64,000 bases of DNA, taken from the IMG/VR virus record IMGVR_UViG_3300042564_002063. One strand, written 5' to 3'. The position numbers and the translations under genes are program-made. Below, one piece after another: positions 49,001-58,482 of the stretch; position 1 is the first letter of the stretch; every line of letters begins with the position of its first letter. The notes beneath the pieces were generated by a model, which did no database searches, was not told the DNA's origin, and worked only from the letters and a program-made list of their open reading frames with translations. Source of the stretch: an uncultured virus (IMG/VR IMGVR_UViG_3300042564_002063). Its lineage: Duplodnaviria; Heunggongvirae; Uroviricota; Caudoviricetes.

Positions 49001-52000
49001 ACGGCTACCTTAGCTGGAATTACCTGGCCAAGCCTGGTTAATTCAGAAATGTTATTTAGAAGATCCTGGGCATCTCCGTCAGACTCCTGTGCATCTACCT
49101 CTAGCGTTAGCTTTCTTGCCAGATCCTTGTCTCCTAGCATAGCTCCTAGCTCTGCAGTTCTTCCTGCTACGTCTCCAGAAAACTTTGTAATGATGTTTAG
49201 TACTGCTGCCTGCGACTTTGCATCTCCCATTGCCATATCCATCAGCTTACGCATAGTCGCTGGAGGAATTTCTCCAGAAGACATCTTGAGTTCAATTAGG
49301 TATTGCTGGTCTTCTCCAAGCTTAAGCTGATCTGCCTGAGCACGTACAACATCAACATATGCTAACTGATCTGCATCATCCTTGTACTTTGCATCAGTTG
49401 CCTTTACAGCACCGCTCATTAGTGATTCTTGAAGTGCTGGGCTTTCATTAAATCCATTTAGGATTTCCTGATTCATAGCTGCCATCTGGTCTGTAAGAAT
49501 CTTACGCTCATCCATATATCTAGTTTGCATGGCGTTAGCTTCGTTAATTTTTCCCTGTATCTTTAGCTCTTTAATTTTCTTTTCATAGAACATATCCATA
49601 GAGTCTAGAAGTTCTTTATTTTGCTCTAATGCTATCTTTGCATCTACCGCTACTGCAGCACCAAGCTTTCCATAGTTTGCTACACCCTCTTCATATGCTG
49701 CAAAGCCAGCAATTGCACCACCAATAGTTCCAATGATTCCACCAATTGCAGCTCCAAGCGGGGCAGCTACACCAGCAGTTAGAGCTCCTGCAATAAGGGC
49801 ACCGATTCCTGCACCAGCGGCACCAGCACCCAAAGCAGTTCCTATAACTCCAGTATTTCTATCTACAGATGAACCACTTGCAGAACCAAAGTACCCTGGT
49901 CCTACGTTTGCATTAGCAGTAGCCAAGCTTTGTGTCATTGCATCTTGGTTTGCCTGCAAAGCATTAATTCTAACCTGGAGTGGATCTTTCAAAAGATCTG
50001 TTCCGTTTGGACCTAGTAGCTCTTCCATATTTGCAATTACGTCAATTGCAATAGAGGCATCTCCAGATTCTTTTGCAAGATTACCTGCCATTGATGTGGC
50101 TTGCGAAAAAGTCATTGCATTAGATAGGACTGCAGATGTTAGCTGAGATGTAAGATCCTTGACGCTACCCTCTCTATCTCCAGAGGCAAGCTGTTTGGCT
50201 AATGCCTCTGTCTGCTTCTTACCAGCCTCAGTCTGAACGAATGCTTCTCCATAAGTTGTCTTACCAGCTACAGCACCTAGCTCACGGTCTCTTTCTGCAC
50301 GTCTTCTGTCCATTGCTTCAGATGCAGTAACGTTACCGCCAAACTCAGCAATAGTCTGCATAGCCTCACGGCTGGCCTTCATGGTTTCTGAGTACTCTAG
50401 AACCTTTTTCTGTGCGTCATCGAACTTTGCATTTAGAAGCATAATGCTTCCAATAACAGCACCAACTGCTACAGCTATTGCTCCAGCGAAAGACCCCATA
50501 AGTGGAATTGCTATTGAGGCAACCATTAGAGCTGGCATTAAGTCATTTGCCATCTTAGCCATTGGGCTATCGCTCATACCGACCATCATGGCACCCATCA
50601 TGGCAGCTCCTGCTGCACCACCAGCTGCTCCAGTTGTCCTGCCCATGGCATTGCCATAACGCTGCCTTAGCGTTTGCTTAGGTATTGGCTTTCCGTCTTT
50701 GTCTACATCTTGATTTGCTGCATTTCTGCCATATGCTGCTGGAGCTAAGAATTGTTGCTTTGCTTCTGCAGTGGCAGGTCTTGCCTTTCCCTTTTCGTCA
50801 AACGTGAATACCTTGTTTCCACTACCAGAAGGAACCATATAAGATGTTCCAGGAACCCTTGCGTTTTTAATATTTGTGTTACGCTCATTATCCCGCACCA
50901 TCTCATCTTTATTTGCGTAAACCTTTCCGCTGTTATTATCTCTAACGCTACCATTGGCAAGGTCTGTATAAGTGTTAAGTGGTGCTGCAGTGTGTGGCAA
51001 CAACAACTGTCCCCTAGTTGCAACATCTAAAGCAGCCTTCTTGGCTACTGATACAAAACCAGTTCCAAGGTTCTTTGCACCTTCTGCAACAGTCTTAGGA
51101 GAAAAAGCACGAAGACCAAATCTCTTTCCAGACTTGTCTATTTGATCATCAGTTGGCAAGAAAGGTGATTTTCCTGGTCTTGCCCCCACAGTACCTTGAG
51201 AATTTCCAAGTGGATCTAGCGGTAGCGGTCTTCCGCTAGTGTCAAATCCTGGTATCTTAGGAACATTGCTATCAAAGTAGCCTGGGATCTTTCCATGTAC
51301 CATTTGCTGAATTAGTGGTGCATACTTTTCAGATTGCTTTGCAGGAATTACAGCTTCTCCTGGTGACAGCATAGCGGGAACTACGTCGCCAGCTCCCTTT
51401 GGTCCTGGAACAGATACTACACCATTTGCATATCTCTTACCCAATAGCTGTGCCATGCTGATAGCTGCCTGCTGCCTTGAAGCTCTCCCTGGCTTTGGAG
51501 AAGGTTTTTCTGACTTAGCAGGCTTTGGAGAGACAGGTTTTCCTATTTTTGGAGCTACTTGTTTGGCAGCATGTCTCTCCATAACTTCTTCATGCTTTCT
51601 TCTTGCCTGGGCATTTACCTGGCTGAGGTATTTTTCATCGGCGGCATCTCTAGGGCTTATCCTCATGGAGGCTAGTCTGCCTAGGTATGAGTTTCCTGGT
51701 GACTTCTTGTATTCTACCAAACGCTCGTCTATGAACTCAGATAGCATACCTGCTTCTTTAGTGGCAACCATAGCTCTTGTAGAGCCTGCATTTGCAGTAT
51801 AGAAGTCTTTAGAAATTCTTCCTAAAAGCTTATAGGCTTCTATGGTTGTTGGGTGTGCTCCGCCCTTAAGTCTATTAAACTCTCTTCTTGCTACAGCACT
51901 ATCGATGCCCAAAGATTTTGCAATTTTGTCAATATTCTTTTCAGAGTCATTCATCAAAACCTTAAAGGATGATGTCTTTGACATATCATCAAGAGCCTTA

Positions 52001-55000
52001 TTAACCATTGCATGATCAGCCTGAAGGTTCTGGTATATCCAATTCTTTTTCTGAAATGTCTTTCCGAATGCCTGCCTGCTTTCGTAATCCTTTTCGATAT
52101 GCGACAGGTGAGCACCACGTAAGCTGCCCAATACCTTTTCGTCTAATCCATACTTAGCTCCAAGCTTTGTTACGAATTCATTCTCTCTTATAAGTATTTC
52201 ATTTATTGGTAACTGAGTTTTTGGGTCGATCTTATTATAATAATCTACTCTAGACTGAAACTCTTTTGCTAATGGAGCGGGGGCACTTCTTAGCACCTTT
52301 GTTAGCTGCTTAAAAGCTTTTGATTGTGTTGGTGCACCAGTAGTTCCATCTTCAAATCTTGTGCCAAACATATTTGCCAAAATCTTTACAACTGTAGGTG
52401 CGTTTTGTGGGGTAACACGAATTCTGAGTCCAGCCTTGTTAACAACTTTCTGGAGAGCTCTTGCAGTTGATCTATCCTTAGTTATAATCTTAGAGATTTC
52501 TTTAACGCTAAATCCACCAGGAGTGTATGTCTCTACATATGGTGGCTTAGGGTTAGAGGTATAACTGTTTGGACCAGTCTTATTGCTTCCGAATGGACTA
52601 CTTAGTCTGTAAAACTTTGCATCATTCTCAAAATTACCTTTTCCACCTCGCATAGATACTGGAGACAGCCTGAAGCCAGGATATTCACCCATTTTATTAA
52701 AGTCCATCAAAGCATCTGTTACAGCTGCGGAAGATCTTCTGGCAACACTTCTCTTGGTTACTAGATCAATGTCTCCATACCTTTCTAGAGTGTCTGACTT
52801 AAAGTTTGGGGTAGGGCCAAACATTCCAGTCTTTGGATCTTTATATCCATATTGCTTTCCACGATCACCAATAGGGAAATCTGTGGTTACAGCGTTATAC
52901 TGCTTGCCCTTAAATCCAAATAGCTTATTTATTAATGCCTGAACAGGAGAAGTTCTTGCATAGCCATATGTTGGTCTGGCAGAACCTGGAGTGTCTGGAC
53001 CAAGACCAAACACTTTTTGCTCCATTCTCTTACGAAGGAATTCTTGTGCTATGTTTTTATTTTTAGCAATGTCAAGGAAGTCTGCACCAGTGCCAGTTTC
53101 GAATGCACTCTTGTATCTTCCGCCCTTGCCAGCCTGTAGCATAGCTTCTAGATCTGTTTTCTTGGTTCTAACGGCTACACGAGAACGTCCCAACATTGAT
53201 GCAAACGGGTTACGCCCAATAGAGTATCCAGGAATGCTATCAGTCATCATTCCCTGAATGATGCCAGCATACTTCTTGCTTTGCTTGGCTGGAATTACAG
53301 CTTCTCCAGGAGAAAGCATTGCTGGGACTATATCTCCAGCACCCTTTGGACCTGGAACTGATAAAATTCCAGAGTTAAGCTTCATTGGCTTTTGTCCAGC
53401 AGGATTCTTTGGTCCTATAGGTACGTTAAGAAGTCTGGATTGTGCTACTACAGCCCTAGCATATGCGGAAGCTAGCTTGTCTACAGATGCTGCCTCAACA
53501 TTGAACGTCTGGATAAGCTTGGCGTGTGTCTGGTCAAGTGATGCTGCTACAGCTGATGCCTCTAGCTGTTGCTGGGTCATGTACTCTGTAGATGTGGCTA
53601 GATCCTTTGAAGATGTTCCTGCCCCCTGGAACACCTTTGATATAAAACCAAACATCTTAATAAGGTTTGCAACACCGTTAGCTATCAAACCAAAAGTCAT
53701 GAGGAGGACTGGACCAATACCAGCAAAAATTGTAGTAAGGACTACAATAAAGTTTTTTGCCCCATCGCTCATGTTGTTAAATCTATCTAGTAAATTCTTG
53801 GCAAACTCAACTACTGGGGTAATTGCCTTTAGGAATGCCTCTCCCAACGGAACCAAAGAAACCTTAAGGTCTTCGACTGCCTTCTTGAACTTGTACATTG
53901 GAGAATCTTCAACACGCTTCATTTCTCGTTCAGAAAGGATGGCTAATTCTTCTGCAGTCTGTTGCGAAATCTTTGCAACTCTCTGTGCCTGGGTTCCTTC
54001 CTTAATGACGTTCTGGAATAGTGTAGATAGACGTGCGAACTGGAACTTTCCGAATAGCTGCTCAATTGCACGGGCACGATTTAATGGGTCTAGAGTATCT
54101 AGTGCACTAGCAAAGTCGATGACCAGTCCTCTAACATCACCTTTATTAGCATCTACAATACCTTTAAGATTGATTCCCATCTGTAGCAAGAATTCGTTTG
54201 CTTTTCCAGATGGGTTAATTAGAGATGCTAGACCAGACTTGAGTGCGTTAGCACCCTCAGAGGCATTAATTCCACCTTCCTTCATGGCAGTCATGAAGAA
54301 TGCTAGATCTTCCATGTCTCCACCAAGCTGCTTGATTACTGGAGCAGCCTTTGGAATAGCAATTGTCAGGTCTTCAATGGCAGTGACTGTTTGGTTTTCA
54401 ACTGCGTTTAGAAAGTCAATTTCGCCAGCCAGGTCTTTGGCAGAGGTTCCAAATGCATTCATTAGGGAGATAGTAGTGTCCAATGCCTGCTGCTGCTCTA
54501 CCCCACCAAGAACAGATAGCCTGGTAGCTTGATTAATTTGAGCAAGAAGATCTGCATTTGTTAGACCCATTGCTGCTGCGGATGCAGCCATCTCCATGGT
54601 CTTTTCTACAGCAACACCATACTTTGTAAATTCAGAGGCAAGCTTCTGAACCTGCTTAATCATCTTGTCTGTTTCTTCTGTAGCAGTAAACGTATCTCCA
54701 TAGACACGCTTAAACTTGATTGCCTGCTCTTCCATTTGCATAAAGGTCTTTGCTGCAACTGACCCCAGCATAGCAAGCGGAATTGTAAAACCAACCATGA
54801 GCTGACGACCAGCCCACTGGGTATTCTTACCAAAGTTTAGAAGATTTGTGGATCCCTGCTTCAGTAGCTGATTAAATAGCTGTTGCTTTTGAGCAGCAAT
54901 TGCTGTTTTTGTAGCTAGGTTATCCATGTCTAAAGCTAAAGGCCGAACAGAAATGGCCTTCATAGCACCACTACCGTCACGGCCTAGCTTTATAAACTGT

Positions 55001-55380
55001 GTTTGAAGAGTCTTAACTCTCTCTGTTGCAACCTTTTCTATTGTAGCGAATTCGCTCTTAAAGAATCTACCAAAACTTTTGGTGGCTGCACCAGCATATC
55101 TGAAAGTCTCACCAAACCCTAGCTTATTTCTCTCTAGGGCTGTGGTGAAAGACTCTGCAGTTGTAGAAATGGTCCTAACATTTGCTGCAAACTTACCAGT
55201 TGCATTGATGTTATTAATCAGGTTGCGTTGGATGTTTTGGGCAGCTTTTGCCTGCTGGGTACCACTCTGAAGGAGCTGAGCATTTAGCTGAGATATTTGC
55301 CTTTGTAGGTTTTTAATTTCTGCAATACCCACAGACGTATCGACATTAATTATAATGTCGGATCTGATATCATCAGCCAT
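46054..55380 (-). CDS. tape measure protein (3108 aa) with inserted domains
   Basis: Follows tail chaperones; TP901-type TMP core, TM segments, coiled coils, C-terminal DTIPAMLTPGEFV. Confidence 0.93.
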   Translation of the reverse strand: MADDIRSDIIINVDTSVGIAEIKNLQRQISQLNAQLLQSGTQQAKAAQNIQRNLINNINATGKFAANVRTISTTAESFTTALERNKLGFGETFRYAGAATKSFGRFFKSEFATIEKVATERVKTLQTQFIKLGRDGSGAMKAISVRPLALDMDNLATKTAIAAQKQQLFNQLLKQGSTNLLNFGKNTQWAGRQLMVGFTIPLAMLGSVAAKTFMQMEEQAIKFKRVYGDTFTATEETDKMIKQVQKLASEFTKYGVAVEKTMEMAASAAAMGLTNADLLAQINQATRLSVLGGVEQQQALDTTISLMNAFGTSAKDLAGEIDFLNAVENQTVTAIEDLTIAIPKAAPVIKQLGGDMEDLAFFMTAMKEGGINASEGANALKSGLASLINPSGKANEFLLQMGINLKGIVDANKGDVRGLVIDFASALDTLDPLNRARAIEQLFGKFQFARLSTLFQNVIKEGTQAQRVAKISQQTAEELAILSEREMKRVEDSPMYKFKKAVEDLKVSLVPLGEAFLKAITPVVEFAKNLLDRFNNMSDGAKNFIVVLTTIFAGIGPVLLMTFGLIANGVANLIKMFGFISKVFQGAGTSSKDLATSTEYMTQQQLEASAVAASLDQTHAKLIQTFNVEAASVDKLASAYARAVVAQSRLLNVPIGPKNPAGQKPMKLNSGILSVPGPKGAGDIVPAMLSPGEAVIPAKQSKKYAGIIQGMMTDSIPGYSIGRNPFASMLGRSRVAVRTKKTDLEAMLQAGKGGRYKSAFETGTGADFLDIAKNKNIAQEFLRKRMEQKVFGLGPDTPGSARPTYGYARTSPVQALINKLFGFKGKQYNAVTTDFPIGDRGKQYGYKDPKTGMFGPTPNFKSDTLERYGDIDLVTKRSVARRSSAAVTDALMDFNKMGEYPGFRLSPVSMRGGKGNFENDAKFYRLSSPFGSNKTGPNSYTSNPKPPYVETYTPGGFSVKEISKIITKDRSTARALQKVVNKAGLRIRVTPQNAPTVVKILANMFGTRFEDGTTGAPTQSKAFKQLTKVLRSAPAPLAKEFQSRVDYYNKIDPKTQLPINEILIRENEFVTKLGAKYGLDEKVLGSLRGAHLSHIEKDYESRQAFGKTFQKKNWIYQNLQADHAMVNKALDDMSKTSSFKVLMNDSEKNIDKIAKSLGIDSAVARREFNRLKGGAHPTTIEAYKLLGRISKDFYTANAGSTRAMVATKEAGMLSEFIDERLVEYKKSPGNSYLGRLASMRISPRDAADEKYLSQVNAQARRKHEEVMERHAAKQVAPKIGKPVSPKPAKSEKPSPKPGRASRQQAAISMAQLLGKRYANGVVSVPGPKGAGDVVPAMLSPGEAVIPAKQSEKYAPLIQQMVHGKIPGYFDSNVPKIPGFDTSGRPLPLDPLGNSQGTVGARPGKSPFLPTDDQIDKSGKRFGLRAFSPKTVAEGAKNLGTGFVSVAKKAALDVATRGQLLLPHTAAPLNTYTDLANGSVRDNNSGKVYANKDEMVRDNERNTNIKNARVPGTSYMVPSGSGNKVFTFDEKGKARPATAEAKQQFLAPAAYGRNAANQDVDKDGKPIPKQTLRQRYGNAMGRTTGAAGGAAGAAMMGAMMVGMSDSPMAKMANDLMPALMVASIAIPLMGSFAGAIAVAVGAVIGSIMLLNAKFDDAQKKVLEYSETMKASREAMQTIAEFGGNVTASEAMDRRRAERDRELGAVAGKTTYGEAFVQTEAGKKQTEALAKQLASGDREGSVKDLTSQLTSAVLSNAMTFSQATSMAGNLAKESGDASIAIDVIANMEELLGPNGTDLLKDPLQVRINALQANQDAMTQSLATANANVGPGYFGSASGSSVDRNTGVIGTALGAGAAGAGIGALIAGALTAGVAAPLGAAIGGIIGTIGGAIAGFAAYEEGVANYGKLGAAVAVDAKIALEQNKELLDSMDMFYEKKIKELKIQGKINEANAMQTRYMDERKILTDQMAAMNQEILNGFNESPALQESLMSGAVKATDAKYKDDADQLAYVDVVRAQADQLKLGEDQQYLIELKMSSGEIPPATMRKLMDMAMGDAKSQAAVLNIITKFSGDVAGRTAELGAMLGDKDLARKLTLEVDAQESDGDAQDLLNNISELTRLGQVIPAKVAVDFYLANSAAYNKFNKLMDTINEKKPKTIKAVLEIAPELKGKISKEDEAYFNTLSEDDKVVYTKTLVSQLYVPEADIIASEDYQKWLTEDVTIDGYKYGGKQYAGMSDSVKVGYYRAHEAFKATQGSAAAAPKTPGGGGGGGGGGRNEPLDDPLSRLKEIRDSRINAKGGKKELMRLLGGNKDITRFTGMEQLLTQKGGSSEFVDYLMGLDEADQKKFFKTNKKTGAITLTDQGTATKKAFNEIALGEFQNGMARVTVDVNNQNVALQRLVASGMSVSEAYAAVEDTAFAAAVATKDLSNEELKKITEEAKRAEKALRQFEAVRTLREDVTNENRDLRVTERFAQGATKFDFAQQQAILEDSNLREIYGQYLAGEINTLPQEFKTRLEQVVNSLEFKEGLFTDGLNKAMDKFAAEERAIDIKAELSIVGDRKIAEVAQNDIALLQYQIDDYQAGLQEIAWKEEEISKSYEKKYEALDRIEEVNQRITAQQQKQLGLADALSRGDIAAAARAAQEMRDQSARDALSSQRDALERAQKLQTDALLSKSGMTRQQLDDKILVNQKKIFEIEESRLEPAQENIRKAEAAASLAKQDLKVAGKTRLEWDQISNGIELARTSSEEYTKAINGGLTVVKDIEDYYNTKPSDRQSNVQTLFTNEQNAATNAKFNQKPVAVATGGPSSGGGSDSDNGDGQDEDSVPDTTKNVNVPSGVDTTTLAGILAASSMNFPTSGADAARNATLYGGDAVKRDNFQPSGADAAAAAAQAKREDILKNSLGKTKNNPIIAAALTAGSSETSPQTLKVPANSFFKVPVGSTVYSVKRFGASYVLKYGKKPGSIVYSNGKTGAWSTSKPGGAFGNVKQALDNILRVESPQGIHKDHYKTFPADSIGFSSGGLMATRFVSKGSDTIPAMLTPGEFVMSKYGVENFGADKLKAVNNGTYNGDSMYNYEVNVNVQTDSNPDQIARAVMNQIKHIDSQRIRGNKF

Positions 55381-55421
55381 TCATCAGCACCTCCTTTTAT
55401 ATACTATTTTAAATTATTAAA

Positions 55422-55733
55422 TTATCGAGCTGGTCCGCCGAATAGCGAACTATTTCCCGATGCCTCTTCAACAATCTTGTAGACTGTTGGTAGGTCAAGC
55501 AGGTCTTCCAGGACAGAGATATCCTCTGCCAACTCTGGCTTAAACTGCTTCATAGCAATCTGGACACACTCAAGCAAAAGGTTCATCGACTTGTCGTTGT
55601 CTTCTGCTACTTCCTGAATTGCCTGGAACTTTGCCAAAAACGGCCTAAGAAGAGAAATCTTCAAAGGACGGATTTCGATTTTTTGACCATCTAGTAGTGT
55701 AACTACCTTGTCTTCATTTACTGTAACTGCCAT
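55422..55733 (-). CDS. tail assembly chaperone (G-like)
   Basis: Directly before the TMP; paralogous to the N-half of 55796..56479. Confidence 0.75.
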   Translation of the reverse strand: MAVTVNEDKVVTLLDGQKIEIRPLKISLLRPFLAKFQAIQEVAEDNDKSMNLLLECVQIAMKQFKPELAEDISVLEDLLDLPTVYKIVEEASGNSSLFGGPAR

Positions 55734-55795
55734 TGTTTTTTGGTTTCCTTTCCCATATTGGGGCTTAACCATTATAGCACAGAGATACCTTATTT

Positions 55796-56479
55796 TTACT
55801 CAACTTTTTCGTAGCTTAGCCCCATGCCAATTCCAAAACCAGCCTTTTGGGCATTAGCACCCTGCAGGGCAACCACATCGTTAGAATCCTTTGCCTGACC
55901 GCCACTAAACACTCTGGCCTTCATCTCTTCCCAGGCATTAGCTTTATCTCTTCCAGACTCCTTGTCAAGATCAACGCCTTGGATGGCTGCATGAAACTTT
56001 TTATTGTCATAATCCATCTCTCGTTTTACTTCAAGAGCAGCCATGAGCTCTGGCATTGATAGACTTATTTCGAGCTCTTCGTAGTCTCTCCAAATACCCA
56101 GCAAGAATAGTTCCGACTCTAGCTTGGCTAGATCTAGCTTTTCCCACTCCGATCCACTTTCCACAGCATCCTTCTTTACGTCAGGGCTGTCCTTCTTTAC
56201 TTTTACTCCTGCAGCAACATCTATGATTTCGTAAATTGTTTTTAAATCTACCATATCTTCTAGATCAAATATTGTTTGAATCGATGGGTGGTATTGCTGC
56301 ATTGCAATCCTTGCACATTCTGATAAAAAGAATATTGCCTCTTCGTCATTCTTTGCAGTCTTGACAAACTCAAAGGCATCCATAAACTCTCTTAAATACT
56401 TTATCTTAAGTGGAGTAAGGTACACCAAAGTACCGTCTATAAGCCTTATAGTTTTTGAATCATATACCCTGGTAGCCAT
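55796..56479 (-). CDS. tail assembly chaperone (G+T-like single ORF)
   Basis: After the major tail gene; G-like N-half and C-half with ELEISLSMPEL. Confidence 0.75.
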   Translation of the reverse strand: MATRVYDSKTIRLIDGTLVYLTPLKIKYLREFMDAFEFVKTAKNDEEAIFFLSECARIAMQQYHPSIQTIFDLEDMVDLKTIYEIIDVAAGVKVKKDSPDVKKDAVESGSEWEKLDLAKLESELFLLGIWRDYEELEISLSMPELMAALEVKREMDYDNKKFHAAIQGVDLDKESGRDKANAWEEMKARVFSGGQAKDSNDVVALQGANAQKAGFGIGMGLSYEKVE

Positions 56480-56493
56480 CCTACTATTGTATC

Positions 56494-56532
56494 AAAAAGA
56501 AACCGCCCTAGCAGTTAAACTAGGGCGGTTCT
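56494..56532 (-). terminator. intrinsic terminator after the major tail gene
   Basis: AACCGCCCTAG-loop-CTAGGGCGGTT then TCTTTTT. Confidence 0.85.
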
Positions 56533-56549
56533 CAGTATTAAGTTATGAT

Positions 56550-57176
56550 TTAGGACTCTGGAGTCACTGTGCGGTCTACGATCTTACCGTAAGAAGCACT
56601 GTCGTTTGGAAGCAAGCGGAAGCTTACCTCAAACATTGTTGCCTCGTCACGCTTTGCAGATACTGTAACGCTCTCGATAGAGAGGGCACGGTATGCAACG
56701 TAGATACGCTCTAGCTCAGAACCAATAGCACAGTCACCTGTACCAGGACCAACTGCAACTAGACCACGCTCAACTGGGCACTCACCGATGTCACCTGCGG
56801 ACAGGTTCATGGTTGGGTTACCAGCTACTGTGGATAGGTCAGCGTCCTTACCAGCTAGCGAGAACAGCAAGTTCTCTAGGGTTGACTCAGCAAAAGCAGT
56901 ATTCAGGTTAACCTGCATACCCTGCTTGTAAAGCTTAGCCACGTCTAGAACCTGGTCAACCTGTACTTCACCGAAGTCAGGCTGGAACTGGATCTCTAGA
57001 CCGTTCATTGTGTAACCAACGTTACGGAAGCTAACGTCGTCAGATAGAGTTTCCACATATCTTTCGCCACTTACGTACGCTGGCAAATCAGCGTCGGTAA
57101 GGTTACCGTCTTCGAAAGTGAAGAGAGCTGCTGCACCAACAATAATGTTGGAGCTTGAACCACGTGTATATGCCAT
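56550..57176 (-). CDS. major tail tube protein
   Basis: NIIVGAA, VGYT..G, VDQ, position in module, followed by a terminator. Confidence 0.85.
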   Translation of the reverse strand: MAYTRGSSSNIIVGAAALFTFEDGNLTDADLPAYVSGERYVETLSDDVSFRNVGYTMNGLEIQFQPDFGEVQVDQVLDVAKLYKQGMQVNLNTAFAESTLENLLFSLAGKDADLSTVAGNPTMNLSAGDIGECPVERGLVAVGPGTGDCAIGSELERIYVAYRALSIESVTVSAKRDEATMFEVSFRLLPNDSASYGKIVDRTVTPES

Positions 57177-57250
57177 AATTTTCACCTCTTTTTTTAGTTT
57201 TATGGATTAAAAAAAGGCGTTTGTTTCCTCATGCCAATTATAGCACGGTT

Positions 57251-57814
57251 TTATATAGTTGTATTATTGTAGGTAGTATTTCCATTAGAATACCCCTTAG
57301 TATGATAGCAGTAATCAATAATTATTTTATTACCAGCATATGTCCTAGCCGTGCCAAAATCAACGATGTCTCTTGTCTCTTCTAGCTGATAAATCTTGAT
57401 ATCGTGAAAGTATACTGGCAAGAATTCTTTAGTAGTGTTACCATCCTGTTTGACATAAACACCATTTACAAGCTTACCCTTGATCCATTCATTTAGGTCT
57501 TGAGCAGACTCATCCCCACGGTCAAGTAGGTCAGCTATGTATTGAGTAGCATCTATCATTGCAACAATGTCTAGCGAATAGAAATAGTACAATAGCTGTT
57601 CGTCCTTAATGTGTGGGAAAGCCTTTCTACGCATTTTAAACATTCTGTCATATACCGCAAACAAGTTGCCTGTATTATTTATGGTTGCCGTTTGTGTTAA
57701 CTGCTCTATTGTAGATGGGCTAGTTGGAAAGAATGGAACATCCGTGTTTGCAATTGCAAGAATCTTTTCTTTCAAATAGTCATTAATAAAGATAGGTGGG
57801 TACGATATTGCCAT
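57251..57814 (-). CDS. tail terminator/completion protein (putative)
   Basis: Position directly upstream of the major tail gene. Confidence 0.55.
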   Translation of the reverse strand: MAISYPPIFINDYLKEKILAIANTDVPFFPTSPSTIEQLTQTATINNTGNLFAVYDRMFKMRRKAFPHIKDEQLLYYFYSLDIVAMIDATQYIADLLDRGDESAQDLNEWIKGKLVNGVYVKQDGNTTKEFLPVYFHDIKIYQLEETRDIVDFGTARTYAGNKIIIDYCYHTKGYSNGNTTYNNTTI

Positions 57815-58482
57815 TAGATAAGACCTGCCTTTGCTATCCAGGATTGTCCGACTGTTACGCCTAGAGTTCTACCGCCACGTTTTCCAGAGCTAAAGTTTTT
57901 CTTAAAGTCAACTGGACTACGAAGGTATGAAGCAATCCCAGAGCTTTCAAGAAATGACTGAGTAAAGTATCTATTAAAAAATGAATTAAACACCCTCTCA
58001 TACTCTCCTTGGACCTGGCCTCCTGGATTGCTCACCCTAACTGGCTTGGTGGTAAAAACTGTTTCTCCGTCTTGCTCAAATGCAAGCACTCGCTGCTTTG
58101 GAACGATTGTAACTGGTATTCCATTTTCCATAATCCTAGCTTTATCATAGAATGGTACACGTGATCCATTCTTAATAGATGACGACTGTCTAAATGTTGA
58201 ATTGAAGGATAGGCCTACTCCAGTAGAGACATACTTGATGTCGTATAGCCTAGCATCTGGGGAACCTGTCTTATCCCATTCGTAGACGTGGTGTAGGACT
58301 TGTGGATTTACCCTGGCATTTGCATCTATGTATGCCTTCAAAGCCTCTGACATCGTCGCTCCGAGCTGCTGGAGGAATGATGGGTAGCCCTGCTTAACCC
58401 CATCCAAAAATCCTAAAGCATAGTTTACGATATTGTCCATATCCTTTGCAAACTGCTTGTTCTTAACCGTTACCCTATACAT
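57814..58482 (-). CDS. neck/tail completion protein (putative)
   Basis: Position; LHHVYEW...FYDKARIME. Confidence 0.55.
   Translation of the reverse strand: MYRVTVKNKQFAKDMDNIVNYALGFLDGVKQGYPSFLQQLGATMSEALKAYIDANARVNPQVLHHVYEWDKTGSPDARLYDIKYVSTGVGLSFNSTFRQSSSIKNGSRVPFYDKARIMENGIPVTIVPKQRVLAFEQDGETVFTTKPVRVSNPGGQVQGEYERVFNSFFNRYFTQSFLESSGIASYLRSPVDFKKNFSSGKRGGRTLGVTVGQSWIAKAGLI

Noticed and set aside
53258..54532. 424-aa plus-strand ORF
   Set aside because: Antisense shadow of the TMP core with no recognisable motifs; the same applies to the many other shorter antisense ORFs over structural and replication genes
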